Below, piece by piece: positions 10,873 to 20,827 of a stretch of 64,000 nucleotides of DNA. The position numbers were made by a program, and so were the translations under genes. The notes beneath the pieces were generated by a model. That model saw only the letters and a program-made list of their open reading frames with translations, did no database searches and was not told the origin of the DNA. Within the stretch, counting starts at the first letter, position 1; every line of letters starts with the position of its first letter. Source of the DNA: an uncultured Chlamydiae bacterium (lineage in GTDB: Bacteria > Chlamydiota > Chlamydiia > Chlamydiales > SM23-39); NCBI GenBank assembly GCA_963730605.1, contig CAVSSM010000001.1, positions 224,001 through 288,000 on the forward strand, read 5' to 3'.

Positions 10873-12804
10873 CTACAAAAATTTAGAGAAGAGGCGCGCG
10901 ATGTCTTGATAAGTGATATAGATGAAAAAGGCGATCAGGAGCCCGATAAAGGGAAGAACAAGCCTTTCCATTGTTTTGGAGCGCAAAGGGCGTTTTCTCA
11001 CCATTTCGAGGAGAGAGAACATGATATGCCCGCCATCGAGCACCGGAATTGGAAGGAGGTTGACGATCCCTAGGTTGAGGCTGATGATTCCCATCCAGAA
11101 GAGAGCTTCCTTCATCCCCACCATCCAGCTCTGATGGACGACATGGACGATCCCGACAGGACCGCTCATGTACTTGGGATTGAGCATCCCGGAAAAAAGG
11201 CCCGTCAGCGTGCGCCACGTATCGACCACCACAGCTTTGAATTGCTGAATCGGATTCGGATTGTAGATCACTTCCCGGTCCCTCATGGAAAGGCCTAAGA
11301 CCAGCCGCTTCTGCGCACTTTCGAGCTGCTTGAGGGCCGCGCTCCTTTTTGCAGGATCTCGGATCGACTCGATCTCTTTTTTGGTCGCCGCCAGTTCTTT
11401 AGAAAGAGCCGCTTGCTGCTCGGCCCCTAGAAATAATTCGCTTTTGGATTTAGGGACGATCGGCTTCAAAAGATAGAGAGAGCCGTCATGATCGATCTGC
11501 CTCTCCGTCCCAATCGATGCGATGATCGAAGAGAGATCCTTGCGGTTGAAATTTTCAAATTGCCCATCAGCCCGGATCCATAGGGTTTTTTCAATGGAAG
11601 CAGGGTCTCTTTCCACAACAACGAGAACGTGCCTGGTTTGAAGAGCCTGCAGAAGTTCGTGGGAAAATTGGAGAGCCTTTCCATCCACGGCGATGACCCT
11701 GTCGCCTTCTTCAAGAGGAGTGAAATAGGTGCATCTTTGGCATTTTTGGAAGGCGGCCGCTTGCTCTCCCGGATCCAAAAAGTCGATCCGGTTTTCTACG
11801 ACATTTTGCGGAGAAAGGTTGTACGGAATGAAATAGAGATCTTGCAGCTTTCCTCTTAAGCCCGCTTCATACTGCCAATCGCCCACTTCGGCCCGTTCTG
11901 GAGAACTCATTTTGAGATCTTTCAATTGGATGCGGGGCACTTTTGTTTGGAAGATTCGATCCCCTCTTTGGACTGTTAAAAATGCTGTCGACTGGTTCGT
12001 GAGGGTGCTGAGCTGCTGGACGGAAAAGACCAATTCCCCATCGACCCAAAGGACTCGATCTCCCGTCTCAATCCCACTCCCTTCGATGGGAGATCCGGAA
12101 AAATCGAACCCGCGGCCGTCATAAATCAAATACTGGGCGGGAGAGAAAACGCCAATGGTATTGAGCTTATCTTGAGTCATTTGAGGGTTTTCATAGGTCT
12201 TCAACGTATAATCGAAATCGGTCCTTTTCCCTGAAAGGGCATCGATTTTATAGCCTTCGATTCTCATGGTCTTGTCATCCATGAGAGAAGCGACGAGAAG
12301 ATCCTTGAATCCATGGAACGGACGGTTGTCGTATCTTTCGATGACATCGCCGGGGCGCACTCCAAGGTTGTACAAGGCGGAATGCGGATCGACCCAACCG
12401 ATGCGGCTCGTGAATTCAGAAAACTGCTTGGATCTTCCCCCTGTCGCCCAAAGAAAGGTAAAGACCGCAAATGCGAAAACGATGTTGACCCCTGGACCAG
12501 CCAGAGCTACTTTGATCCGCTGCCAGGGTTTCTTGGCATAGAACCCGTCCGAAATTTCATAAGGCTCGCGGCTTCCTTCCGGCTGCATGCCGGCGATCCG
12601 CACGTAGCCGCCGAAAGGGAGGATGCAGATCATCCACTTGACCCCATCCCGCACCCAAGTGTAGATCGGCTTGCCGAAACCGATCGAAAAAGCAATGACT
12701 CGCATCCCTTCCCTGCGGGCAATCCAATAATGGCCGAGCTCATGGATGAAAACGAGAAAACCTAATCCCAAGATAGCAAGAAGAGCGTATAATATACTTT
12801 CCAT
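10873..12804 (-). CDS. rseP: RseP site-2 zinc metalloprotease with PDZ domains
   Basis: HELGH, GGYVRIAG and NLLPIPVLDGG. Lies downstream of dxr. Confidence 0.92.
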   Translation of the reverse strand: MESILYALLAILGLGFLVFIHELGHYWIARREGMRVIAFSIGFGKPIYTWVRDGVKWMICILPFGGYVRIAGMQPEGSREPYEISDGFYAKKPWQRIKVALAGPGVNIVFAFAVFTFLWATGGRSKQFSEFTSRIGWVDPHSALYNLGVRPGDVIERYDNRPFHGFKDLLVASLMDDKTMRIEGYKIDALSGKRTDFDYTLKTYENPQMTQDKLNTIGVFSPAQYLIYDGRGFDFSGSPIEGSGIETGDRVLWVDGELVFSVQQLSTLTNQSTAFLTVQRGDRIFQTKVPRIQLKDLKMSSPERAEVGDWQYEAGLRGKLQDLYFIPYNLSPQNVVENRIDFLDPGEQAAAFQKCQRCTYFTPLEEGDRVIAVDGKALQFSHELLQALQTRHVLVVVERDPASIEKTLWIRADGQFENFNRKDLSSIIASIGTERQIDHDGSLYLLKPIVPKSKSELFLGAEQQAALSKELAATKKEIESIRDPAKRSAALKQLESAQKRLVLGLSMRDREVIYNPNPIQQFKAVVVDTWRTLTGLFSGMLNPKYMSGPVGIVHVVHQSWMVGMKEALFWMGIISLNLGIVNLLPIPVLDGGHIMFSLLEMVRKRPLRSKTMERLVLPFIGLLIAFFIYITYQDIARLFSKFL

Positions 12805-12858
12805 CGAACCTCGTCCTGGTCGAGGCGCCAGCGCTAGGGGCTGCTCCAACTGGCTGCC

Positions 12859-14004
12859 CTAGCTTGCCGCCGCAAGTTGCCTAGCAATGCTGTCGACCTC
12901 AAGAATTGCCTCCAAGGTTAACATATTCTGAGGTAGGTGTGAAGAGATTAATTTGTCGAGCTTCTCGCCAATTGCAATCCAAGGAATCTTTCCTTGGATG
13001 AACTTCTCGACTAAAACTTCGTTGGCCGCATTGAGAAAACAAGGATAGCTCTTCCCCGCCTTCAGCGCATTAAGAGCGAGCTGCATGCAAGGAAATCTTT
13101 TGTTATCAGGGGGATGAAATGTCAGGGTGCCATTTTTCAAAAAATCGTAAGGTTTCAGCATCCCGGTTTTCCTTGCAGGATAGGTCAGTGCGTATTGGAT
13201 CGGGAGGACCATATCGGGCTCGGCGATCTGGGCCAAAAGGGAGCCGTCTACGAATTCTACGCAGCTATGGAGCAGGCTTTGAGGGTGGATCACCGCATGA
13301 ATCCGCTCAGGTTCGATATCGAAGAGAAACCGCGCCTCGATCATTTCAAGGCCTTTATTCATGAGGGTCGTGCAATCGACGGTCACTTTTGCGCCCATGT
13401 GCCAAGTGGGGTGGGCCAGGGCATCTTGGACGGTCACCTTTTTCAGCTCTTCGGCCGTTTTGTCGCGCAAAGCTCCCCCTGAAGCGGTCAGAATAAGGCG
13501 GCGGACTGCCGATTTTTCTTGGCCTCGCAAACATTGATGCAGCGCGCAGTGCTCGCTATCGACAGGAATCAATTCGGTTCCTTTCTGTTTGGCCAGAACG
13601 CTGATCCACTCTCCTCCGCAAACGAGAATTTCCTTATTGGCAAGACCGATCTGTTTACGAGCCTCTATGGCAGCAACCGCAGGGAGCAAACCGGCGCTTC
13701 CGGTCATAGCGAGCATCGTAAAGTCGGCCCCCTCAAAAGAAGCTGCCGCAATGAGGCCTTCCATACCAGGGATAACGGGAATATGGGGAAGCCTTTTTTG
13801 GAGCAGGAGGGCTTGACCCTCATCGTAAACAGCGATGAGTTTTGGGTGAAATTCCAAGGCTTGGTGATAAAGAGCGTCGATGTTGGATTTAGCGGCCAGC
13901 GTCGCGATTTCGAGATCCTCCGGCAGATGGCGCACGACGCGGAGGGTGCTTTTGCCGATAGATCCGGTGCTTCCGAGCAAGGCTATCCGTTTTCTTTTAC
14001 GCAT
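12859..14004 (-). CDS. dxr: 1-deoxy-D-xylulose 5-phosphate reductoisomerase
   Basis: LGSTGSIG, LANKE, PVDSEH, TASGG and NKGLE. Confidence 0.97.
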   Translation of the reverse strand: MRKRKRIALLGSTGSIGKSTLRVVRHLPEDLEIATLAAKSNIDALYHQALEFHPKLIAVYDEGQALLLQKRLPHIPVIPGMEGLIAAASFEGADFTMLAMTGSAGLLPAVAAIEARKQIGLANKEILVCGGEWISVLAKQKGTELIPVDSEHCALHQCLRGQEKSAVRRLILTASGGALRDKTAEELKKVTVQDALAHPTWHMGAKVTVDCTTLMNKGLEMIEARFLFDIEPERIHAVIHPQSLLHSCVEFVDGSLLAQIAEPDMVLPIQYALTYPARKTGMLKPYDFLKNGTLTFHPPDNKRFPCMQLALNALKAGKSYPCFLNAANEVLVEKFIQGKIPWIAIGEKLDKLISSHLPQNMLTLEAILEVDSIARQLAAAS

Positions 14005-14178
14005 GCTGGCACTTTACCATGCCCCAGCGCCGATCTCAATAAAAAACCTTTGCGCATCAGGACTATCTCTTTTATTTTCTATTGAAAATCAATGACTTGT
14101 GATTACAAAAAAGGGTGACATTTCTAAAAAACGGAAAGGGGATATTTCAATAAAACGCTTACAGACCAGTTAAATTTG

Positions 14179-14207
14179 TTGACAAAAATATTTTAAATGT
14201 TTATAAT
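14179..14207 (+). promoter_or_regulatory. Consensus sigma70/sigma66 promoter
   Basis: TTGACA-17 nt-TATAAT, 38 nt upstream of the ATG at 14245. Confidence 0.8.
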
Positions 14208-14897
14208 TATCATAAAATTTTTTTTAAAACTAATGTAGGGACTTATGTCAATATGGATAAGAAACCAGGATTCAATGGGGTATTGCAAATTGGTGACCGG
14301 GTTTGTAGGAGGAGCAGGTCTTGCGGTCGCTTATCAAATAGGAGCGATTGGGCCGGCTCTCACTGCCATCGGAGCGATCGGTTGTTTGTGGGCCATTGCC
14401 TCAAGCAGAAACACATCAGGGGAAAGAGATTTGATTAACAACAGGACCGTTTCAAATAATTGCGAGCAAATTGCTGCCCAAGCACCCAGTCTTACAGCGA
14501 TTCCCCCTGCTCTCGAAAAAACGGACGATTCTTTCACACACTCTCTCCCCGAAGCCCCGGGAGAAGGAATTGTTGATCCATCAGCAATTGATTATGCAAT
14601 CGGATTTCATTACGTAGTGAAACGAGAGGGTAATATTATTGCGGATATCATCGGAACTTGTCATGGAGATGAAGTAAAAAATACTCGGCTCAATCCAACA
14701 ATAGAACAAGCTGTAAAACGAGCCAATAAGGTAGCGTTGGAGGCGCCTTTTTGTATAAATGAGAGAGCGGCATTGAGCAAAGTCGCGACGATGTGGGATA
14801 ATTATAACAAGGAATATCTGGATTTTCATCAGAAAAATTTTGATGAGAATAAAATAATTATCTATCCTGAATTGAAAGAAATGTCTCGAAAAGAATT

Positions 14898-16140
14898 CAG
14901 GGCGAGCGCATCAAAAAAACAGCATTTTTCTAGTCCGTACCTCCCTACTTTATTGACTGTTGAGTAAAAATTTTACGATCATAGACGCCTTTTTCAGGAG
15001 GCACTATGATTCAAGCAACCAACATTAGCATTTACATCGAGATGATTCCCGATCCACGAACCTGTCGGTTGGACCACGACTTCGTTGGTATTGTGACGAT
15101 TGCGTTACTGGCCAAGATTTGTGGCGCTGAGGGATGGGAAGATATGGAGGAATTTGGGTTAAGCCGTATCGATTGGCTCCAATCCTTCCTCGAGTTACGA
15201 GCTGGTATCCCATCACCAGACACCTTTCGGCGGGTTATTTGCCACATTGATCCGACCGCATTTCTAGAGGCATTCTTGGAATGGATTAAAGCGGTACAGA
15301 ACATCGTTCCTGAATTGATAAATATAGATGGGAAGACTCTCCGATCTGCGTCAAAACGAGGAGAACACTCCCTCCATATTGTCTCTGCCTGGTGTGATAA
15401 AAACCATATGGTTTTGGGACACCTTCGCAATGATTCCAAGTCCAATGAGGTCAAGGCGATCCCCGAGTTGCTCAAGCAACTGGTGTTGCCGGAAGGTAGC
15501 ATCGTCACGATAGACGCAGCAGGCACACAGAAAAATATCGCCAGTCAGATACGCGATATGGGAGCGGATTATGTATTAGCCCTGAAGGCAAATCAACCCA
15601 CCCTTCAGGATGAAGTGGCGAATTATTTCGACCAGGCAGCAGAGGCCGGAGATGAATATGCACCGTTGAACATTTTTCAAACGGAGGAGAGAGGTCATGG
15701 ACGAATGGAGTTCAGAAAGATTTATGCGACGGATGATTTGGACTGGTTGCCTCAGAAGAACGAGTGGGTGGGCCTACGGTCTATCATCAAATTAGACTCG
15801 GTGAGATGGGCAGAGGGCAAAAGACAACAGGAAATCAAGTATTACATCAGCAGTTTACCACCCGAAGCGGAAACCCTCTCTCGTGTGATTAGAGGGCATT
15901 GGAGCATTGAGAGCAGATGTCATTGGGTATTGGATGTGGTATTCGCCGAAGATCGCAATCCGATAGTAGAAGGGCACGCTCCAGAAAATCTGAGGGCTGT
16001 GAACTTGTTAGCGGCAAAAATGTTGAAAGAGGAAAAATCGTGTAGAAAGGGCATTAGAGCCAAACGGTTTAAGGCGGCGCTTGATAATGACTACCTACAC
16101 AGGGTGTTGCTGGCCGCTAACTTTTGATGCGCTCGCCCTG
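14898..16140 (+). mobile_element. ISAs1-family insertion sequence
   Basis: 19-bp TIR CAGGGCGAGCGCATCAAAA. 9-bp TSD AAAAGAATT at 14889-14897 and 16141-16149. Confidence 0.95.
15006..16127 (+). CDS. ISAs1 transposase
   Basis: PDPR, IDGKTLR, TIDAAG, LKANQPTL and RGHWSIE..HWVLDV. Confidence 0.95.
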   Translation: MIQATNISIYIEMIPDPRTCRLDHDFVGIVTIALLAKICGAEGWEDMEEFGLSRIDWLQSFLELRAGIPSPDTFRRVICHIDPTAFLEAFLEWIKAVQNIVPELINIDGKTLRSASKRGEHSLHIVSAWCDKNHMVLGHLRNDSKSNEVKAIPELLKQLVLPEGSIVTIDAAGTQKNIASQIRDMGADYVLALKANQPTLQDEVANYFDQAAEAGDEYAPLNIFQTEERGHGRMEFRKIYATDDLDWLPQKNEWVGLRSIIKLDSVRWAEGKRQQEIKYYISSLPPEAETLSRVIRGHWSIESRCHWVLDVVFAEDRNPIVEGHAPENLRAVNLLAAKMLKEEKSCRKGIRAKRFKAALDNDYLHRVLLAANF

Positions 16141-16184
16141 AAAAGAATTGGATATAGATTCACGAAACGGAACGGAAAGTCTTA

Positions 16185-17301
16185 TACCGCTCGTGATTCA
16201 AAATTTTGATGCGTGAAAATTTCCCTTGACTGCACAATGGCTGCGTGAATTTTTTAACCGACTCAGAACGACAGGAACTCAAACTCCGGCACCGGGGGGA
16301 CCGCGATGGGCGGGTGCGTGATCGAATAAAGGCTGTTCTCCTCTATGATGAGGGGTGGGCTCCCAAAGACATTGCCAGGGTTCTGTTGATTTCTGACGAA
16401 GCAGTTCGTCACCATGTTGACGCATACAAAACGTCGAAAAAATTGCGCCCCGAAAGCGGCGGCTCCGAGGAGAAACTATCCCAAACGCAGTCCGAGCAAC
16501 TTGAGGCTCATCTTCAAGAACACACGTACCTTTACGTCAAGGATATCGTCGCATATGTAGAAGTGACTTTCGGTATTGTCTATACCGTCCACGGATTGAG
16601 GGATTGGCTGCGAAGACACGGATTTTCCTACAAAAAACCCGCCGTTGTACCCGGGAAAGCCAACAAAGAGCAGCAACAAAAGTGGCTCGCCGGATACGAG
16701 AAACTCAAGGCAGAACTCCTCGAGGATGAGACTATCTGCTTTATTGACGGCGTTCATCCAACGCACAATGTGCAGCCTGCTTATGGGTGGATCAAAAAAG
16801 GCGTGCGTAAAGAGATCCCAGCAAACACAGGACGTGCCAGGCTCAATCTTTCAGGGAGCATCGATGTCATCACCCACAGTGTGGTAATCCAAGAAGACGA
16901 GACTTTAAACGCAGAATCGATAATCCGGTTTTTCCAAAAGATCGAAGAATTTTACCCGAGTAAACGAAAGATCCATGTATTTTGCGATAATGCACCGTAC
17001 TATCGGAATAGGGCTGTGAGGCAGTACCTAGAAACGGCAAAAGTTTGTTTGCACTTTTTACCGCCCTATAGCCCCAATCTAAACCCGATAGAACGACTGT
17101 GGAAATGGATGAAGGAGCGGGTAGTTTACAATACTTATTACGAGTACTTTGAAGACTTTAGAGGAGCGATTCTTGGTTTTTTCGCTGTATTGGCGACTGT
17201 GACCGCGGAGTCAACTTTAGGCCGGGATTTAAGAAGCCGGGTTAGGGATAAATTTAGTCCCTTTCAGGCACCTGCTGCCAAGTTTTGAATTTCCTTGGGT
17301 A
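16185..17301 (+). mobile_element. IS630-family insertion sequence
   Basis: Imperfect TIR TACCGCTCGTGATTCAAAA / TTTTGAATTTCCTTGGGTA, with TA duplication. Confidence 0.9.
16245..17288 (+). CDS. IS630 transposase
   Basis: HTH N-terminus, DNAPY and FLPPYSPNLNPIERLW. Confidence 0.95.
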   Translation: MNFLTDSERQELKLRHRGDRDGRVRDRIKAVLLYDEGWAPKDIARVLLISDEAVRHHVDAYKTSKKLRPESGGSEEKLSQTQSEQLEAHLQEHTYLYVKDIVAYVEVTFGIVYTVHGLRDWLRRHGFSYKKPAVVPGKANKEQQQKWLAGYEKLKAELLEDETICFIDGVHPTHNVQPAYGWIKKGVRKEIPANTGRARLNLSGSIDVITHSVVIQEDETLNAESIIRFFQKIEEFYPSKRKIHVFCDNAPYYRNRAVRQYLETAKVCLHFLPPYSPNLNPIERLWKWMKERVVYNTYYEYFEDFRGAILGFFAVLATVTAESTLGRDLRSRVRDKFSPFQAPAAKF

Positions 17302-17523
17302 TACATCACGCCAAATTAATCTTCAAACTACTCCAGTAATTCCGCTGGAAACTATTGAAGAAAATGGAAGAACATTTTTTTACGGAGGATGCGATAACTC
17401 TATTATGAGAGATCATGAATGTAAAGGTCGTATTTCCAAGAGAGAACGGTTCGCGCTGTTCCCTTGCTGCGAAACGCGACACAGGATGAGCGGGTGTTAA
17501 TCGCTGTTGGATGTAGCCATCTA

Positions 17524-17684
17524 TACCGCGCCCGCTCATCTTGAGTGAATTTTGTTGAGCATCTTTTTTGCTCCAGCGCATTGCTCGATCTCGTTAACAT
17601 TGTGCAAGTTGGACTCGATCTCCGCAATGCTACTGGAGCCAAAAATCTGCTGTCAAAATTCACACAACCTAAGCGGGCGCGGTA
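17524..17684. mobile_element. MITE family C, copy 1 (TA TSD)
   Basis: TIR TACCGCGCCCGCT...AGCGGGCGCGGTA. Homologous to the reverse complement of 52627-52786. Confidence 0.88.
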
Positions 17685-17716
17685 TATTTGGAAAAAATGA
17701 AATGATCTCCCTTTTG

Positions 17717-18691
17717 TCAGAATCTTTGGGCTCCCAATATTCGATAGAAAAAGCATAGAAACTTGGGAATTGAAATTTTCGAAACAATCCCCGCCACATA
17801 AAACAAACCGATGACGCAGACGACGATACCTCCTGTGGAAAGAGGCATCCCGAATGCGCTCAGCGAGTAGCGGGAAAGGGCCACTCCAATCGCGGAAGCC
17901 AAGACGCCTAAGGCGGGGCTGAGCCACAAAAGGCGGGACAAGCGGTGGCTAAAGAGTCGCGCCGTCAGAAATGGTCCCGTGAGAAATGCCAAAACAAGCA
18001 AGACCCCGACCGCCCGGAAGGCTCCCACACAGACGGCGGACGAGAGGAATAAGAGCAAATAATGGAAAAAAGAGGAAGAGACGCCGAGGGTCGAGGCGTA
18101 TTGGCGATCAAAAGCAGAGATTTTGAATTGCCTGTAAAATACCATAAACACAGCAAGATTCAAAATGGCAAGCAACGAGGCGAATTTGAAATCGCCGCTT
18201 TGAAGAGCGTCTGCGTTTCCCATGATGGCTTCGACGCCCAGATGGACATCCCTCGTATAGAGAGTAACCAAAAGGATTCCCAGGGCAAATAGCGCAGAGA
18301 AGACAAGGCCGACGCTTGCATCTTCAGATAAACGAAATAGCCGGGTAAGCCCTTCGGTAATGGCAGCAGTGAGAAAGGCGGCAACGAGGCTGCCGAGCAT
18401 TAAGGTTGACGGGGAAAACATCTCGCCTCCCCAAGCCCTCGCCGCGAAAAGGAACGCCAAGACGATGCCGACGAGAATCGTATGAGAAAGGGAATTGGCG
18501 AACATCGTCATCCGCTTCAAGACAAGGAACGGACCGAGAAGGCCGCATGAAAGAGCCACCGCCGAAAGCACCGCCAGTTGTATCTCATCGGAGGCAGGCG
18601 TCACTTCCACTCCGGATAAAAATTCGGCCGCCCTTGAAAAAAGGATCCCGAAAAACTCAAAAAAACCGCTGTTCCAATAGGGATTATTCAT
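17717..18691 (-). CDS. ytgD: Metal ABC transporter permease YtgD/TroD
   Basis: ABC-3 permease (LKRMTMFANSLSH). Last gene of the ytg operon. Confidence 0.88.
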   Translation of the reverse strand: MNNPYWNSGFFEFFGILFSRAAEFLSGVEVTPASDEIQLAVLSAVALSCGLLGPFLVLKRMTMFANSLSHTILVGIVLAFLFAARAWGGEMFSPSTLMLGSLVAAFLTAAITEGLTRLFRLSEDASVGLVFSALFALGILLVTLYTRDVHLGVEAIMGNADALQSGDFKFASLLAILNLAVFMVFYRQFKISAFDRQYASTLGVSSSFFHYLLLFLSSAVCVGAFRAVGVLLVLAFLTGPFLTARLFSHRLSRLLWLSPALGVLASAIGVALSRYSLSAFGMPLSTGGIVVCVIGLFYVAGIVSKISIPKFLCFFYRILGAQRF

Positions 18692-20006
18692 AGAACGCCC
18701 TTGCGGGAATGGGTTGGCTATGCGGGTCGACTTTGGGATTCGCAAGAAGCCGGGTTAGCCTCTCCTCGATATCGGGAGTCAAAATGTGCTCCATCTCCTC
18801 GGCATGCAGATGAATTTTTTCGTTGGAAAAGCCAAGTTCGCTGGCCAAATAAAGCTCCCAGAGGCGGTGGAGACGGACGATAGAGGCCGCCTTCCGGCGG
18901 CCATCTGGGGTGAGGGTGTACCTTTTCGATTCTTGCTTGTCGATCCATCCGCCCTGTTTTAAACGCCAGAGGATCCCCCGAAGAGTCAAGAGAGAAATCC
19001 GGTGGATTTTTTGCAGTTCTTCCAAAGAAAAGGAATCTTTTTTCCACATCGCTTTCAAAACATTTTCTTTTAAGCACCGGAAGCGGAAAGCTGCGATCCT
19101 GCAAATGCGGAAAATCCATCCTCTTTTCGGAGCAAAAAATAAGGAAAGCAATGCGACAGAGGCTCCCGCCAAGATGATGGAAGGGCCGGTTGGAAGGGTC
19201 AGCCGCTCCCCTTCTTTGGAAAGGGCGATTGTTCCCAGAACGGAGATGATGTTTCCCGCAAGGCCGCTCAACGCCCCGAAAAGTGCGGAAAGACAAAAAA
19301 ACCAATGGAGGCGATCGGTGAATTGCCGCGCCGCGACCGCAGGGGCGATCGCCATTCCCGATATCAATACGATCCCGACGCTGCGCATCCCCAAGATGAG
19401 AGAAAGAAGGAAAAGCCAGAAAATGGCCCGCTCGATCCCTCGGACAGGCAGGCCTGAGATCTTTGCGTAATCCGCATCGAACAGGACGGCTTGAAGACGG
19501 CGGTACCCGAAAATGAGAAACAAAACGACCGCGGAGGTCAGAGTTGCATAAAGAACAATGTGGAAGTCGGACATTGTCGCGGCTTGGCCGAACATAAGCG
19601 TCTGTACCTTATTGCGCCAAGAAGGAAGAACCGATTGCATGGCGCTCGCGGCCACCGTTCCGATTCCAAAAAAAAGGGCTAATACGAACGCGAGCGCCGC
19701 ATCGGAGCGGACTTTTCCTTTTTTCTCCATCCAGTCGATAGCTCTGAAGCCTAGATATGAAGTGGCAAACGCCCCTCCCAGTACGCCGAAAAAAGCGCTC
19801 TCGCCATATTCGGGGAAAAGGAGGGCAAACAGGCTCACTCCTACGACGATCCCCGGATATGAGGCATGGGAAAGAGACTCTCCGAGAAGACACCGCCGCT
19901 TCAACATCAAGACAGCCCCCATTAAGGAAGAAGCGATGCACATGAAAAGAGTGCCCCAAGTCGGTCCGCGTAAAACAGGATCGGTGAAAAATTCGAAGAG
20001 GCTCAT
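18684..20006 (-). CDS. ytgC: Metal ABC permease fused to DtxR-like repressor (YtgC-YtgR)
   Basis: Permease N-terminus plus LTPDGRRKAASIVRLHRLWELYL..HAEEMEH..DPH DtxR domain. Confidence 0.92.
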   Translation of the reverse strand: MSLFEFFTDPVLRGPTWGTLFMCIASSLMGAVLMLKRRCLLGESLSHASYPGIVVGVSLFALLFPEYGESAFFGVLGGAFATSYLGFRAIDWMEKKGKVRSDAALAFVLALFFGIGTVAASAMQSVLPSWRNKVQTLMFGQAATMSDFHIVLYATLTSAVVLFLIFGYRRLQAVLFDADYAKISGLPVRGIERAIFWLFLLSLILGMRSVGIVLISGMAIAPAVAARQFTDRLHWFFCLSALFGALSGLAGNIISVLGTIALSKEGERLTLPTGPSIILAGASVALLSLFFAPKRGWIFRICRIAAFRFRCLKENVLKAMWKKDSFSLEELQKIHRISLLTLRGILWRLKQGGWIDKQESKRYTLTPDGRRKAASIVRLHRLWELYLASELGFSNEKIHLHAEEMEHILTPDIEERLTRLLANPKVDPHSQPIPARAFYE

Positions 20007-20054
20007 GAGTCTATCCGCAAAGTAGGGAAAAGATACGCATTTGCGGATAGGCTC
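20007..20054. mobile_element. 48-bp mini palindromic element between ytgB and ytgC (2-bp TSD AT)
   Basis: GAGTCTATCCGCAAA...TTTGCGGATAGGCTC flanked by AT. Ends resemble family E (GAACCTATCC). Confidence 0.7.
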
Positions 20055-20823
20055 ATAGGATTCCGCTTTGTCTCTTCCTTAACGAATCTGCCGCTTCATC
20101 GAACAGCATCTGGCCCTTTCCGATAGTCCGGGTCAGATTTTCCTTAGTAAAGACTTCAGCTATTGGGCCGCAGGCAATAAGCCGTGTGTTGAGGAGAAGG
20201 ACCCATTCGAAATATTCCTCGACAGTCGTTAGATCGTGGTGTACAACCAGAATCGTCTTGCCTTTCCTTCTTTGCGCTCTCAAAATTTCCATGATCGCTT
20301 TTTCGGTCCCCATGTCGACGCCGGCAAAAGGTTCGTCTAAGAGGAAAAGATCGGCGTCCTGCACGAGAGCGCGGGCGATGAAAAGGCGCTGCTGCTGTCC
20401 GCCCGAAAGCTGGCTGATCTGCCGTTTTGCCAAGGGGAGCATCCCGACAAGCTCGAGCGCGTTTGCAGCCGCTTCCCTGTCCGCCTTGCGCACGCGGCCA
20501 AAAAGCCCCAAGCGGCCGTAGCGGCCCATCAGCACGACCTCTTCAGCCGTGATCGGAAAATCCCAGTCGATGGACTCCCTCTGCGGCACATAGGCAATCT
20601 TTTGCCGCACATCGGAGACCAAATTGCCTCCCAGTAAATCGATTTTCCCCGAAAGAGGTTTGACAAGCCCCAAAATCGCTTTGAACAAAGTGCTCTTTCC
20701 CGCCCCGTTGGGTCCGAGCATACCTACGATACAGCCTTTTGGAATTTTAAAACTGACGTCCCACAAAACTGCCGTCTTTCCATAGTTTACATGTAGGGAT
20801 TCGGCTTCGATTGCAACATCCAT
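20053..20823 (-). CDS. ytgB: Metal ABC transporter ATPase YtgB/TroB
   Basis: [17 protein letters not shown] and [10 protein letters not shown]. Confidence 0.93.
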   Translation of the reverse strand: MDVAIEAESLHVNYGKTAVLWDVSFKIPKGCIVGMLGPNGAGKSTLFKAILGLVKPLSGKIDLLGGNLVSDVRQKIAYVPQRESIDWDFPITAEEVVLMGRYGRLGLFGRVRKADREAAANALELVGMLPLAKRQISQLSGGQQQRLFIARALVQDADLFLLDEPFAGVDMGTEKAIMEILRAQRRKGKTILVVHHDLTTVEEYFEWVLLLNTRLIACGPIAEVFTKENLTRTIGKGQMLFDEAADSLRKRQSGIL

Positions 20824-20827
20824 GTAT

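Larger units (their letters stand above)
14245..17758 (+). pseudogene. TraB/GumN-family gene interrupted by ISAs1, IS630 and a MITE
   Basis: After removing the insertions the fragments read IIGTCH..LNPTIEQAVKRANKVALE / PVIPLETIEE / LIAVGCSHLFGKNEMISLL. Confidence 0.75.

Noticed and set aside
18684..20006. Permease-repressor fusion as a novelty
   Set aside because: The YtgC-YtgR fusion is established in chlamydiae.
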